From Eledone cirrhosa (taxonomy: Eukaryota), in contig OZ024746.1 of NCBI GenBank assembly GCA_964016885.1, forward strand, positions 50,282,001 to 50,346,000: 64,000 bases of DNA, written 5' to 3'. The notes under the pieces are model-generated. The model searched no databases. It worked only from the letters and a program-made list of their open reading frames with translations, and had not been told where the DNA came from. The position numbers and the translations under genes are program-made. Shown here one piece after another: positions 15,001 to 26,800 of this stretch (the stretch's first letter is position 1; each line of letters starts with the position of its first letter).

Positions 15001-15332
15001 AGTGTAAAAAGATTAATGCTTTCGAAATATTTACTTCTGCTTTTTCGTTAAAAAGTCATATTTTTACATCTTTCGAAATATTTAAAAAAATCAAATTGTA
15101 CATTGATTTTATTGCATTTTACGATTTACTTCTGCTTTTACTTTTTTTACGTTTTTCTGTTAAAAGTCAATCTGCGTTTTCAAATTGCATTTTTCGAAAT
15201 ATTAACTTCTGATTTCGAAAATTGATTTTTTTAGGTTTTTCCAAAAGAATAAATATGAGTCGCTGCATTAATCTTTTTACGTTTTTCGTAAGACTGATTT
15301 TTTGCATGTTTCGAAATATTTAACACCAGTCG
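74..15332. repeat. 11-monomer higher-order repeat of satellite A (4,622-4,694 bp unit; 3 full copies plus a partial fourth)
   Basis: Identical ORF translations recur at fixed offsets: 921, 5543, 10237, 14931 (4622, 4694, 4694) and 4687, 9381, 14075 (4694). There are 11 anchor motifs per period, and the order of monomer-specific indels is conserved. Confidence 0.95.
8154..8294. repeat. Internal 36-bp subrepeat (CGAAATATTTACTTCTGCTTTTTCGTTAAAATTTTG) at 4 copies; 1-2 copies in most A monomers
   Basis: Copies start at 8154, 8190, 8226 and 8262. The same 4-copy state occurs at ~12848-12988. The homologous monomer of HOR copy 1 (~3532-3600) has only 2 copies. Confidence 0.95.
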
Positions 15333-18300
15333 GTGAAATCAATTTTTGAACACAAAATGGTTACTTTTCGACCTGTTGTAAAAAAGTGTAAAAAGATTAA
15401 TGCTTTCGAAATATTTACTTCTGCTTTGTCGTTAAAATTTTGCGAAATATTTACTTCTGCTTTTTCGTTAAAAAGTCATATTTTTACATCTTTCGAAATA
15501 TTTAAAAAAATCAAATTGTAAATTGATTTTATTGCATTTTACGATTTACTTCTGCTTTAACTTTTTTTACGTTTTTCTGTTAGAAGTCAATCTGCGTTTT
15601 CAAATTGAATTTTTCGAAATATTAACTTCTTATTTCGAAAATTGATTTTTTTAGGTTTTTCCAAAAGAATAAATATGAGTCGCTGCATTAATCTTTTTAC
15701 GTTTTTCGTAAGACTGATTTTTTGCATGTTTCGAAATATTTAACACCAGTCGGTGAAATCAAGTTTTGAACACAAAATGGTTACTGTTCGACCTGTTGTA
15801 AAAAAGTGTAAAAAGATTAATGCTTTCGAAATATTTACTTCTGCTTTGTCGTTAAAATTTTGCGAAATATTTACTTCTGCTTTTTCGTTAAAAAGTCATA
15901 TTTTTACATCTTTCGAAATATTTAAAAAAATCAAATTGTAAATTGATTTTATTGCATTTTACGATTTTCTTCTGCTTTTACTTTTTTTACGTTTTTCTGT
16001 TAAAAGTCAATCTGCGTTTTCAAATTGAATTTTTCGAAATATTAACTTCTGATTTCGAAAATTGATTTTTTTAGGTTTTTCCAAAAGAATAAATATGAGT
16101 CGCTGCATTAATCTTTTTACGTTTTTCGTAAGACTGATTTTTTTGCATGTTTCGAAATATTTAACACCAGTCGGTGAAATCAATTTTTGAACACAAAATG
16201 GTTACTTTTCGAACTGTTGTAAAAAAGTGTAAAAAGATTAATGCTTTCGAAATATTTACTTCTGCTTTTTCGTTAAAATTTTGCAAAATATTTACTTCTG
16301 CTTTTTCGTTAAAAAGTCATATTTTTACATCTTTCGAAATATTTACAATAATCAAATTGTGAATTGATTTTATTGCATTTTACGATTTACTTCTGCTTTT
16401 ACTTTTTTTACGTTTTTCTGTTAAAAGTCAATCTGCGTTTTCAAATTGCATTTTTCGAAATATTAACTTCTGTTTTCGAAAATTGATTTTTTTAGGTTTT
16501 TCCAAAAAGAATAAATATGAGTCGAAATATATACTTCTGCATTAATCTTTTTAACTTTTTCGTAAGACTGGTTTTTTTGCATGTTTCAAAACCAGTCGGT
16601 GAAATCAATTTTTGAACACAAAATGGTTACTTTTCGACCTGTTGTAAAAAAGTGTAAAAAGATTAATGCTTTCGAAATATTTACTTCTGCTTTTTCGTTA
16701 AAAAGTCATATTTTTACATCTTTCGAAATATTTAAAAAAATCAAATTGTACATTGATTTTATTGCATTTTACGATTTACTTCTGCTTTTACTTTTTTTAC
16801 GTTTTTCTGTTAAAAGTCAATCTGCGTTTTCAAATTGCATTTTTCGAAATATTAACTTCTGATTTCGAAAATTGATTTTTTTAGGTTTTTCCAAAAGAAT
16901 AAATATGAGTCGCTGCATTAATCTTTTTACGTTTTTCGTAAGACTGATTTTTTGCATGTTTCGAAATATTTAACACCAGTCGGTGAAATCAATTTTTGAA
17001 CACAAAATGGTTACTTTTCGACCTGTTGTAAAAAAGTGTAAAAAGATTAATGCTTTCGAAATATTTACTTCTGCTTTGTCGTTAAAATTTTGCGAAATAT
17101 TTACTTCTGCTTTTTCGTTAAAAAGTCATATTTTTACATCTTTCGAAATATTTAAAAAAATCAAATTGTAAATTGATTTTATTGCATTTTACGATTTACT
17201 TCTGCTTTAACTTTTTTTACGTTTTTCTGTTAGAAGTCAATCTGCGTTTTCAAATTGAATTTTTCGAAATATTAACTTCTTATTTCGAAAATTGATTTTT
17301 TTAGGTTTTTCCAAAAGAATAAATATGAGTCGCTGCATTAATCTTTTTACGTTTTTCGTAAGACTGATTTTTTTGCATGTTTCGAAATATTTAACACCAG
17401 TCGGTGAAATCAATTTTTGAACACAAAATGGTTACTTTTCGACCTGTTGTAAAAAAGTGTAAAAAGATTAATGCTTTCGAAATATTTACTTCTGCTTTTT
17501 CGTTAAAATTTTGCGAAATATTTACTTCTGCTTTTTCGTTAAAAAGTCATATTTTTACATCTTTCGAAATATTTAAAAAAATCAAATTGTACATTGATTT
17601 TATTGCATTTTACGATTTACTTCTGCTTTTACTTTTTTTACGTTTTTCTGTTAAAAGTCAATCTGCGTTTTCAAATTGCATTTTTCGAAATATTAACTTC
17701 TGATTTCGAAAATTGATTTTTTTAGGTTTTTCCAAAAGAATAAATATGAGTCGCTGCATTAATCTTTTTACGTTTTTCGTAAGACTGATTTTTTGCATGT
17801 TTCGAAATATTTAACACCAGTCGGTGAAATCAAGTTTTGAACACAAAATAGTTACTGTTCGACCTGTTGTAAAAAAGTGTAAAAAGATTAATGCTTTCGA
17901 AATATTTACTTCTGCTTTGTCGTTAAAATTTTGCGAAATATTTACTTCTGCTTTTTCGTTAAAAAGTCATATTTTTACATCTTTCGAAATATTTAAAAAA
18001 ATCAAATTGTAAATTGATTTTATTGCATTTTACGATTTACTTCTGCTTTTACTTTTTTTACGTTTTTCTGTTAAAAGTCAATCTGCGTTTTCAAATTGAA
18101 TTTTTCGAAATATTAACTTCTGATTTCGAAAATTGATTTTTTTAGGTTTTTCCAAAAGAATAAATATGAGTCGCTGCATTAATCTTTTTACGTTTTTCGT
18201 AAGACTGATTTTTTTGCATGTTTCGAAATATTTAACACCAGTCGGTGAAATCAATTTTTGAACACAAAATGGTTACTTTTCGAACTGTTGTAAAAAAGTG

Positions 18301-20688
18301 TAAAAAGATTAATGCTTTCGAAATATTTACTTCTGCTTTTTCGTTAAAATTTTGCAAAATATTTACTTCTGCTTTTTCGTTAAAAAGTCATATTTTTACA
18401 TCTTTCGAAATATTTACAATAATCAAATTGTGAATTGATTTTATTGCATTTTACGATTTACTTCTGCTTTTACTTTTTTTACGTTTTTCTGTTAAAAGTC
18501 AATCTGCGTTTTCAAATTGCATTTTTCGAAATATTAACTTCTGATTTCGAAAATTGATTTTTTTTAGGTTTTTCCAAACGAATAAATATGAGTCGCTGCA
18601 TTAATCTTTTTACGTTTTTCGTAAGACTGATTTTTTTGCATGTTTCGAAATAATTAACACCAGTCGGTGAAATCAATTTTTGAACACAAAATGTTTACTT
18701 TTCGACCTGTTGTAGAAAAGTGTAAAAAAATTAATGCTTTCACAAATCTTTCGAAATACTTACTTCTGCTTTTTTCTTAAAATTTTGCGAAATATTTACT
18801 TCTGCTTTTTCGTTAAAAAGTCATATTTTTACATCTTCCGAAATATTTAAAAAAATCAAATTGTACATTGATTTTATTGCATTTTACGATTTACTTCTGC
18901 TTTTACTTTTTTTACGTTTTTCTGTTAAAAGTCAATCTGCGTTTTCAAATTGCATTTTTCGAAATATTAACTTCTGATTTCGAAAATTGATTTTTTTAGG
19001 TTTTTCCAAAAGAATAAATATGAGTCGCTGCATTAATCTTTTTACGTTTTTCGTAAGACTGATTTTTTGCATGTTTCGAAATATTTAACACCAGTCGGTG
19101 AAATCAATTTTTGAACACAAAATGGTTACTTTTCGACCTGTTGTAAAAAAGTGTAAAAAGATTAATGCTTTCGAAATATTTACTTCTGCTTTGTCGTTAA
19201 AATTTTGCGAAATATTTACTTCTGCTTTTTCGTTAAAAAGTCATATTTTTACATCTTTCGAAATATTTAAAAAAATCAAATTGTAAATTGATTTTATTGC
19301 ATTTTACGATTTACTTCTGCTTTAACTTTTTTTACGTTTTTCTGTTAGAAGTCAATCTGCGTTTTCAAATTGAATTTTTCGAAATATTAACTTCTTATTT
19401 CGAAAATTGATTTTTTTAGGTTTTTCCAAAAGAATAAATATGAGTCGCTGCATTAATCTTTTTACGTTTTTCGTAAGACTGATTTTTTTGCATGTTTCGA
19501 AATATTTAACACCAGTCGGTGAAATCAATTTTTGAACACAAAATGGTTACTTTTCGACCTGTTGTAAAAAAGTGTAAAAAGATTAATGCTTTCGAAATAT
19601 TTACTTCTGCTTTTTCGTTAAAATTTTGCGAAATATTTACTTCTGCTTTTTCGTTAAAAAGTCATATTTTTACATCTTTCGAAATATTTAAAAAAATCAA
19701 ATTGTACATTGATTTTATTGCATTTTACGATTTACTTCTGCTTTTACTTTTTTTACGTTTTTCTGTTAAAAGTCAATCTGCGTTTTCAAATTGCATTTTT
19801 CGAAATATTAACTTCTGATTTCGAAAATTGATTTTTTTAGGTTTTTCCAAAAGAATAAATATGAGTCGCTGCATTAATCTTTTTACGTTTTTCGTAAGAC
19901 TGATTTTTTGCATGTTTCGAAATATTTAACACCAGTCGGTGAAATCAAGTTTTGAACACAAAATGGTTACTGTTCGACCTGTTGTAAAAAAGTGTAAAAA
20001 GATTAATGCTTTCGAAATATTTACTTCTGCTTTGTCGTTAAAATTTTGCGAAATATTTACTTCTGCTTTTTCGTTAAAAAGTCATATTTTTACATCTTTC
20101 GAAATATTTAAAAAAATCAAATTGTAAATTGATTTTATTGCATTTTACGATTTACTTCTGCTTTTACTTTTTTTACGTTTTTCTGTTAAAAGTCAATCTG
20201 CGTTTTCAAATTGAATTTTTCGAAATATTAACTTCTGATTTCGAAAATTGATTTTTTTAGGTTTTTCCAAAAGAATAAATATGAGTCGCTGCATTAATCT
20301 TTTTACGTTTTTCGTAAGACTGATTTTTTTGCATGTTTCGAAATATTTAACACCAGTCGGTGAAATCAATTTTTGAACACAAAATGGTTACTTTTCGAAC
20401 TGTTGTAAAAAAGTGTAAAAAGATTAATGCTTTCGAAATATTTACTTCTGCTTTTTCGTTAAAATTTTGCAAAATATTTACTTCTGCTTTTTCGTTAAAA
20501 AGTCATATTTTTACATCTTTCGAAATATTTACAATAATCAAATTGTGAATTGATTTTATTGCATTTTACGATTTACTTCTGCTTTTACTTTTTTTACGTT
20601 TTTCTGTTAAAAGTCAATCTGCGTTTTCAAATTGCATTTTTCGAAATATTAACTTCTGATTTCGAAAATTGATCTTTTTAGGTTTTTC
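14931..20688. repeat. Border sub-array of satellite A with a 1,650-bp 4-mer followed by 2,115-bp 5-mer units
   Basis: Offset 14931 to 16581 is 1650. Offsets 16983 to 19098, 17404 to 19519, 17824 to 19939 and 18245 to 20360 are all 2115. Diagnostic variants not seen in the 11-mer include GCTTTGTCG, TGTTAGAAGTC, AAATTGAATTTTTCG and TTACAATAATC. Confidence 0.92.
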
Positions 20689-20757
20689 ACAAATTGATCA
20701 ATTTGTGCAAAACCGAAAAAAATCAATTTTAGAAATCAGAAGTAAATATTTCGAAAA
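20638..20757. other. 120-bp spacerless imperfect palindrome spanning the satellite A/B junction
   Basis: 20638-20697 matches the reverse complement of 20698-20757 at 55/60 positions (manual alignment), centred on TGA|TCA. Confidence 0.92.
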
Positions 20758-20894
20758 GTATAAAAAAATTGATTATTTTAGGTTTTTCACAAAATGATCA
20801 ATTTGTGAAAAACCGAAAAAAATCAATTTTAGATATCAGAAGTAAATATTTCGAAATGTATAAAAAAATTGATTATTTTAGGTTTTTCACAAAT
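20695..20894. repeat. Two tandem 100-bp satellite B deletion-derivative units at the start of the B array
   Basis: TGATCA starts at 20695, 20795 and 20895. Each unit is TGATCAATTTGTG...GGTTTTTCACAAA(A/T) and lacks the 196 bp normally found between the two TGATCA sites. Confidence 0.93.
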
Positions 20895-23800
20895 TGATCA
20901 TTTTACACAGTATTTCGAAAAATTGTTTTTTTTCAAAAAAGATTGATTTTTTTTCTTTCGAAATGTATACTTTCTCATTTCGAAAATTGATATATATTTT
21001 GTAGTTTTCAAAAATTTTTCAACGTGTCGAAACACGATGTATAAACGCATTTTTTTTAAAAAAAACATTTTTTCCAAATACTGTGTAAAATGATCAATTT
21101 GTGCAAAACCGAAAAAAATCAATTTTAGAAATCAGAAGTAAATATTTCGAAAAGTATAAAAAAATTGATTATTTTAGGTTTTTCACAAAATGATCAATTT
21201 GTGAAAAACCGAAAAAAAATCAATTTTAGAAATCAAAAGTAAATATTTCGAAATGTATAAAAAAATTGATTATTTTAGGTTTTTCACAAATTGATCATTT
21301 TACACAGTATTTCGAAAAATTGTTTTTTTTCAAAAAAGATTGATTTTTTTTCTTTCGAAATGTATACTTTCTCATTTCGAAAATTGATATATATTTTGTA
21401 GTTTTCAAAAATTTTTCAACGAGTCGAGACAAAACGCATTTTTTTGAAAAAAAACATTTTTTCCAAATATTGTGTAAAGTGATCAATTTGTGAAAAACCT
21501 AAAAAGATCAATTTTAGATATCAGAAGTAAATATTTCGAAATGTATAAAAAAATTGATTATTTTAGGTTTTTCACAAATTGATCATTTTACACAGTATTT
21601 CGAAAAATTGTTTTTTTTCAAAAGAGATTGATTTTTTTTCAGAAAAGTTTGATTTATTTTCGATTTCGAAAATTGATATATATTATGTATTTTTCAAAAA
21701 TTTTTCAACGTGTCGAAACACGATGTATAAACGCATTTTTTTGAAAAAAAAACATTTTTTCTAAAAATGATCAATTTGTGAAAAACCGAAAAAAATCAAT
21801 TTTAGAAATCAGAAGTAAATACTTCGAAAAGTATAAAAAAATTGATTATTTTAGGTTTTTCACAAATTGATCATTTTACACAGTATTTCGAAAAATTGTT
21901 TTTTTTCAAAAAAGATTGATTTTTTTTCTTTCGAGATATATACTTTCTGATTTCGAAATGTTTAAAAAAATTGATTATTTTAGGTTTTTCACACATTGAT
22001 CATTTTACACAGTATTTCGAAAAATTGTTTTTTTTTCGATTTCGAAAATTGATATGTATTTTGTATTTTTCAAAAATTTTTCAACGTGTCGAAACACGAT
22101 GAATAAACGCATTTTTTTGAAAAAAAACATTTTATCCAAATATTGTGTAAAGTGATCAATTTATGAAAAACCTAAAAAAATCAATTTTAGATACCAGAAG
22201 TAAATATTTCGAAATGTATAAAAAAATTGATTATTTTAGGTTTTTCACAAATTGATCATTTTACACAGTATTTCGAAAAATTGTTTTTTTTCAGAAAAGT
22301 TTGATTTATTTTCGATTTCGAAAATTGATATATATTTTGTATTTTTCAAAAATTTTTCAACGTGTCGAAACACGATGTATAAACGCATTATTTTGAAAAA
22401 AAACATTTTTTCCAAATACTGTGTAAAATGATCAATTTGTGAAAAACCGAAAAAAATCAATTTTAGAAATCAGAAGTAAATATTTCGAAATGTATAAAAA
22501 AATTGATTATTTTAGGTTTTTCACAAATTGATCATTTTACACAGTATTTCGAAAAATTGTTTTTTTTCAAAAAAGATTGATTTTTTTTCTTTCGAAATGT
22601 ATACTTTCTGATTTCGAAAATTGATATATATTTTGTATTTTTCAAAAATTTTTCAACGTGTCGAGATACGATGAATAAACGCATTTTTTTGAAAAAAAAC
22701 ATCTTTTCCAAATACTTTGTAAAATGATCAATTTGTGAAAAACCGAAAAAAATCAATTTTAGAAATCAGAAGTAAATATTTCGAAATGTATAAAAAAATT
22801 GATTATTTTAGGTTTTTCACAAAATGATCAATTTGTGAAAAACCGAAAAAAATCAATTTTAGAAATCAGAAGTAAATATTTCGAAATGTATAAAAAAATT
22901 GATTATTTTAGGTTTTTCACAAATTGATCATTTTACACAGTATTTCGAAAAATTGTTTTTTTTCAAAAAAGTTTGATTTTTTTTCTTTCGAAATGTATAC
23001 TTTCTGATTTCGAAAATTGATATATATTTTGTATTTTTCAAAAATTTTTCAACGTGTCGAAACACGATGTATAAACGCATTTTTTTTAAAAAAAACATTT
23101 TTTCCAAATACTTTGTAAAATGATCGATTTGTGTAAAAACCCCAAAAAATCAATTTTAGATATCAGAAGTAAATATTTCGAAATGTATAAAAAAATTGAT
23201 TATTTTAGGTTTTTCACAAATTGATCATTTTACACAGTATTTCGAAAAATTGTTTTTTTTCAAAAAAGTGATTTTTTTTCGATTTCGAAAATTGATATGT
23301 ATTTTGTATTTTTCAAAAATTTTTCAACGTGTCGAAACACGATTAATAAACGCATTATTTTGAAAAAAAACATTTTTTCCAAATATTGTGTAAAGTGATC
23401 AATTTGTGAAAAACCGAAAAAAATCAATTTTAGAAATCAGAAGTAAATATTTCGAAATGTATAAAAAAATTGATTATTTTAGGTTTTTCACAAAATGATC
23501 AATTTGTGAAAAACCGAAAAAAATCAATTTTAGAAATCAGAAGTAAATATTTCGAAATGTATAAAAAAATTGATTATTTTAGGTTTTTCACAAATTGATC
23601 ATTTTACACAGTATTTCGAAAAATTTTTTTTTTTCAGAAAAGTTTGATTTATTTTCGATTTCGAGAATTGATATATATTTTGTATATTTCAAAAATTTTT
23701 CAACGTGTCGAAACACAATGTATAAACGCATTTTTTTAAAAAAAAACATTTTTTCTAAATATTGTGTAAAGTGATCGATTTGTGAAAAACCCAAAAAAAT

Positions 23801-26800
23801 CAATTTTAGATATCAGAAGTAAATATTTCGAAATGTATAAAAAAATTGATTATTTTAGGTTTTTCACAAATTGATCATTTTACACAGTATTTCGAAAAAT
23901 TGTTTTTTTTCAAAAAAGTTTGATTTTTTTTCGATTTCGAAAATTGATATATATTTTGTATTTTTCAAAAATTTTTCAACGTGTCGAAACACAATGTAAA
24001 AACGCATATTTTTGAAAAAAAACATTTTTTCCAAATACTGTGTAAAATGATCAATTTGTGAAAAACCTAAAAATATCAATTTTAGATACCAGAACTAAAT
24101 ATTTCGAAATGTATAAAAAAATTGATTATTTTAGGTTTTTCACAAATTGATCATTTTACACAGTATTTCGAAAAATTGTTTTTTTTCAGAAAAGATTGAT
24201 CTTTTTTCTTTCGAAATATATACTTTCTGATTTCGAAAATTGATATATATTTTGTATTTTTCAAAAATTTTTCAACGTGTCGAAACAATGTATAAACGCA
24301 TTTTTTTAAAAAAAAACATTTTTTCCAAATACTTTGTAAAATGATCGATTTGTGAAAAACCCCAAAAAATCAATTTTAGATATCAGAAGTAAATATTTCG
24401 AAATGTATAAAAAAATTGATTATTTTAGGTTTTTCACAAATTGATCATTTTACACAGTATTTCGAAAAATTGTTTTTTTTCAAAAAAGTGATTTTTTTTC
24501 GATTTCGAAAATTGATATGTATTTTGTATTTTTCAAAAGTTTTTCAACGTGTCGAAACACAACGTATAAACGCATTTTTTAAAAAAAAAACATTTTTTCT
24601 AAATATTGTGTAAAGGTGAAAAACCTAAAAAAATCAATTTTAGAAATCAGAAGTAAATATTTTGAAATGTATAAAAATATTGATTATTTTAGGTTTTTCA
24701 CAAATTGATCATTTTACACAGTATCTCGAAAAATTGTTTTTTTCAAAAAAGATTGATTTTTTTTCTTTCGAAATATATACTTTCTGATTTCGAAAATTGA
24801 TATATATTTTGTATTTTTCAAAAATTTTTCAACGTCTCGAAACACGATGTATAAACGCATTTTTTTGAAAAAAAACATTTTTTCCAAATACTGTGTAAAA
24901 TGATCAATTTGTGCAAAACCGAAAAAAATCAATTTTAGAAATCAGAAGTAAATATTTCGAAATGTATAAAAAATTGATTATTTTAGGTTTTTCACAAATT
25001 GATCATTTTACACAGTATTTCGAAAAATTGTTTTTTTTCAAAAAAGATTGATTTTTTTTCTTTCGAAATGTATACTTTCTGATTTCGAAAATTGATATAT
25101 ATTTTGTATTTTTCAAAAATTTTTCAACGTGTCGAGATACGATGAATAAACGCATTTTTTTGAAAAAAAACATCTTTTCCAAATGCTTTGTAAAATGATC
25201 AATTTGTGAAAAACCGAAAAAAATCAATTTTAGAAATCAGAAGTAAATATTTCGAAATGTATAAAAAAATTGATTATTTTAGGTTTTTCACAAAATGATC
25301 AATTTGTGAAAAAAGTTTTCACAAATTGATCATTTTACACAGTATTTCGAAAAATTGTTTTTTTTCAAAAAAGTGATTTTTTTTTCGATTTCGAAAATTG
25401 ATATGTATTTTGTATTTTTCAAAAATTTTTCAACGTGTCGAAACACAACGTATAAACGCATTTTTTTAAAAAAAAACATTTTTTCCAAATACTGTGTAAA
25501 ATGATCAATTTGTGAAAAACCGAAAAAAATCAATTTTAGAAATCAGAAGTAAATATTTTGAAATGTATAAAAATATTGATCATTTTACACAGTATCTCGA
25601 AAAATTGTTTTTTTCAAAAAAGATTGATTTTTTTTCTTTCGAAATATATTCTTTCTGATTTCGAAAATTGATATATATTTTGTATTTTTCAAAAATTTTG
25701 CGTGTCGAAACACGATGTATAAACGCATTTTTTTGAAAAAAAAACTTTTTTTCTAAAAATGATCAATTTGTGAAAAACCGAAAAAAATCAATTTTAGAAA
25801 TCAGAAGTAAATATTTCGAAATGTATAAAAAAATTGATTATTTTAGGTTTTTCACAAATTGATCATTTTACACAGTATTTCGAAAAATTGTTTTTTTTCC
25901 AAAAAGTTTGATTTTTTTTCGATTTCGAAAATTGATATATATTTTGTATTTTTCAAAAATTTTTCAACGTGTCGAAACACGATGTATAAACGCATTTTTT
26001 AAAAAAAAAAACATTTTTTCTAAAAATGATCAATTTGTGAAAAACCGAAAAAAAATCAATTTTAGAAATCAGAAGTAAATACTTCGAAAAGTATAAAAAA
26101 ATTGATTATTTTAGGTTTTTCACAAATTGATCATTTTACACAGTATTTCGAAAAATTGTTTTTTTTCAAAAAAGATTGATTTTTTTTCTTTCGAAATATA
26201 TACTTTCTGATTTCGAAAATTGATATATATTTTGTATTTTTCAAAAATTTTTCAACGTGTCGAAACACGATGTATAAACGCATTTTTTTTTAAAAAAAAT
26301 TTTTTGTAAATATTGTGTAAAGTGATCGATTTGTGAAAAACCTAAAAAAATCAATTTTAGATATCAGAAGTAAATATTTCGAAATGTATAAAAAAATTGA
26401 TTATTTTAGGTTTTTCACAAATTGATCATTTTACACAGTATTTCGAAAAATTGTTTTTTTTCAAAAAAGTGATTTTTTTTCGATTTCGAAAATTGATATG
26501 TATTTTGTATTTTTCAAAAATTTTTCAACGTGTCTAAACACGATGAATAAACGCATTTTTTTGAAAAAAAACATTTTTTCCAAATATTGCGTAAAGTGAT
26601 CAATTTATGAAAAACCTAAAAAAATCAATTTTAGATACCAGAAGTAAATATTTCGAAATGTATAAAAAAATTGATTATTTTAGGTTTTTCACAAATTGAT
26701 CATTTTACACAGTATTTCGAAAAATTGTTTTTATTCAAAAAAGATTGATTTTTTTTCTTTCGAAATATATACTTTCTGATTTCGAAAATTGATATATATT

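Larger units (their letters stand above)
1..20688. repeat. Satellite A: tandem array of ~420-bp AT-rich monomers (~49 copies; continues beyond the left edge)
   Basis: The anchor CCAGTCGGTGAAATCAATTTTTGAACACAAAATGGTTAC recurs at ~86, 497, 932, 1316, 1743, 2113, 2511, 2932, 3451, 3830, 4212, 4698 and onward to ~20,353. Spacing is 420-421 bp in the regular part (ORF starts 15333, 15753, 16174; 16983, 17404, 17824, 18245). Confidence 0.98.

Noticed and set aside
20678-20682. TTAGG (arthropod telomere motif) in both monomers
   Set aside because: It occurs as single pentamers per monomer, never in tandem, and is expected by chance in AT-rich DNA.
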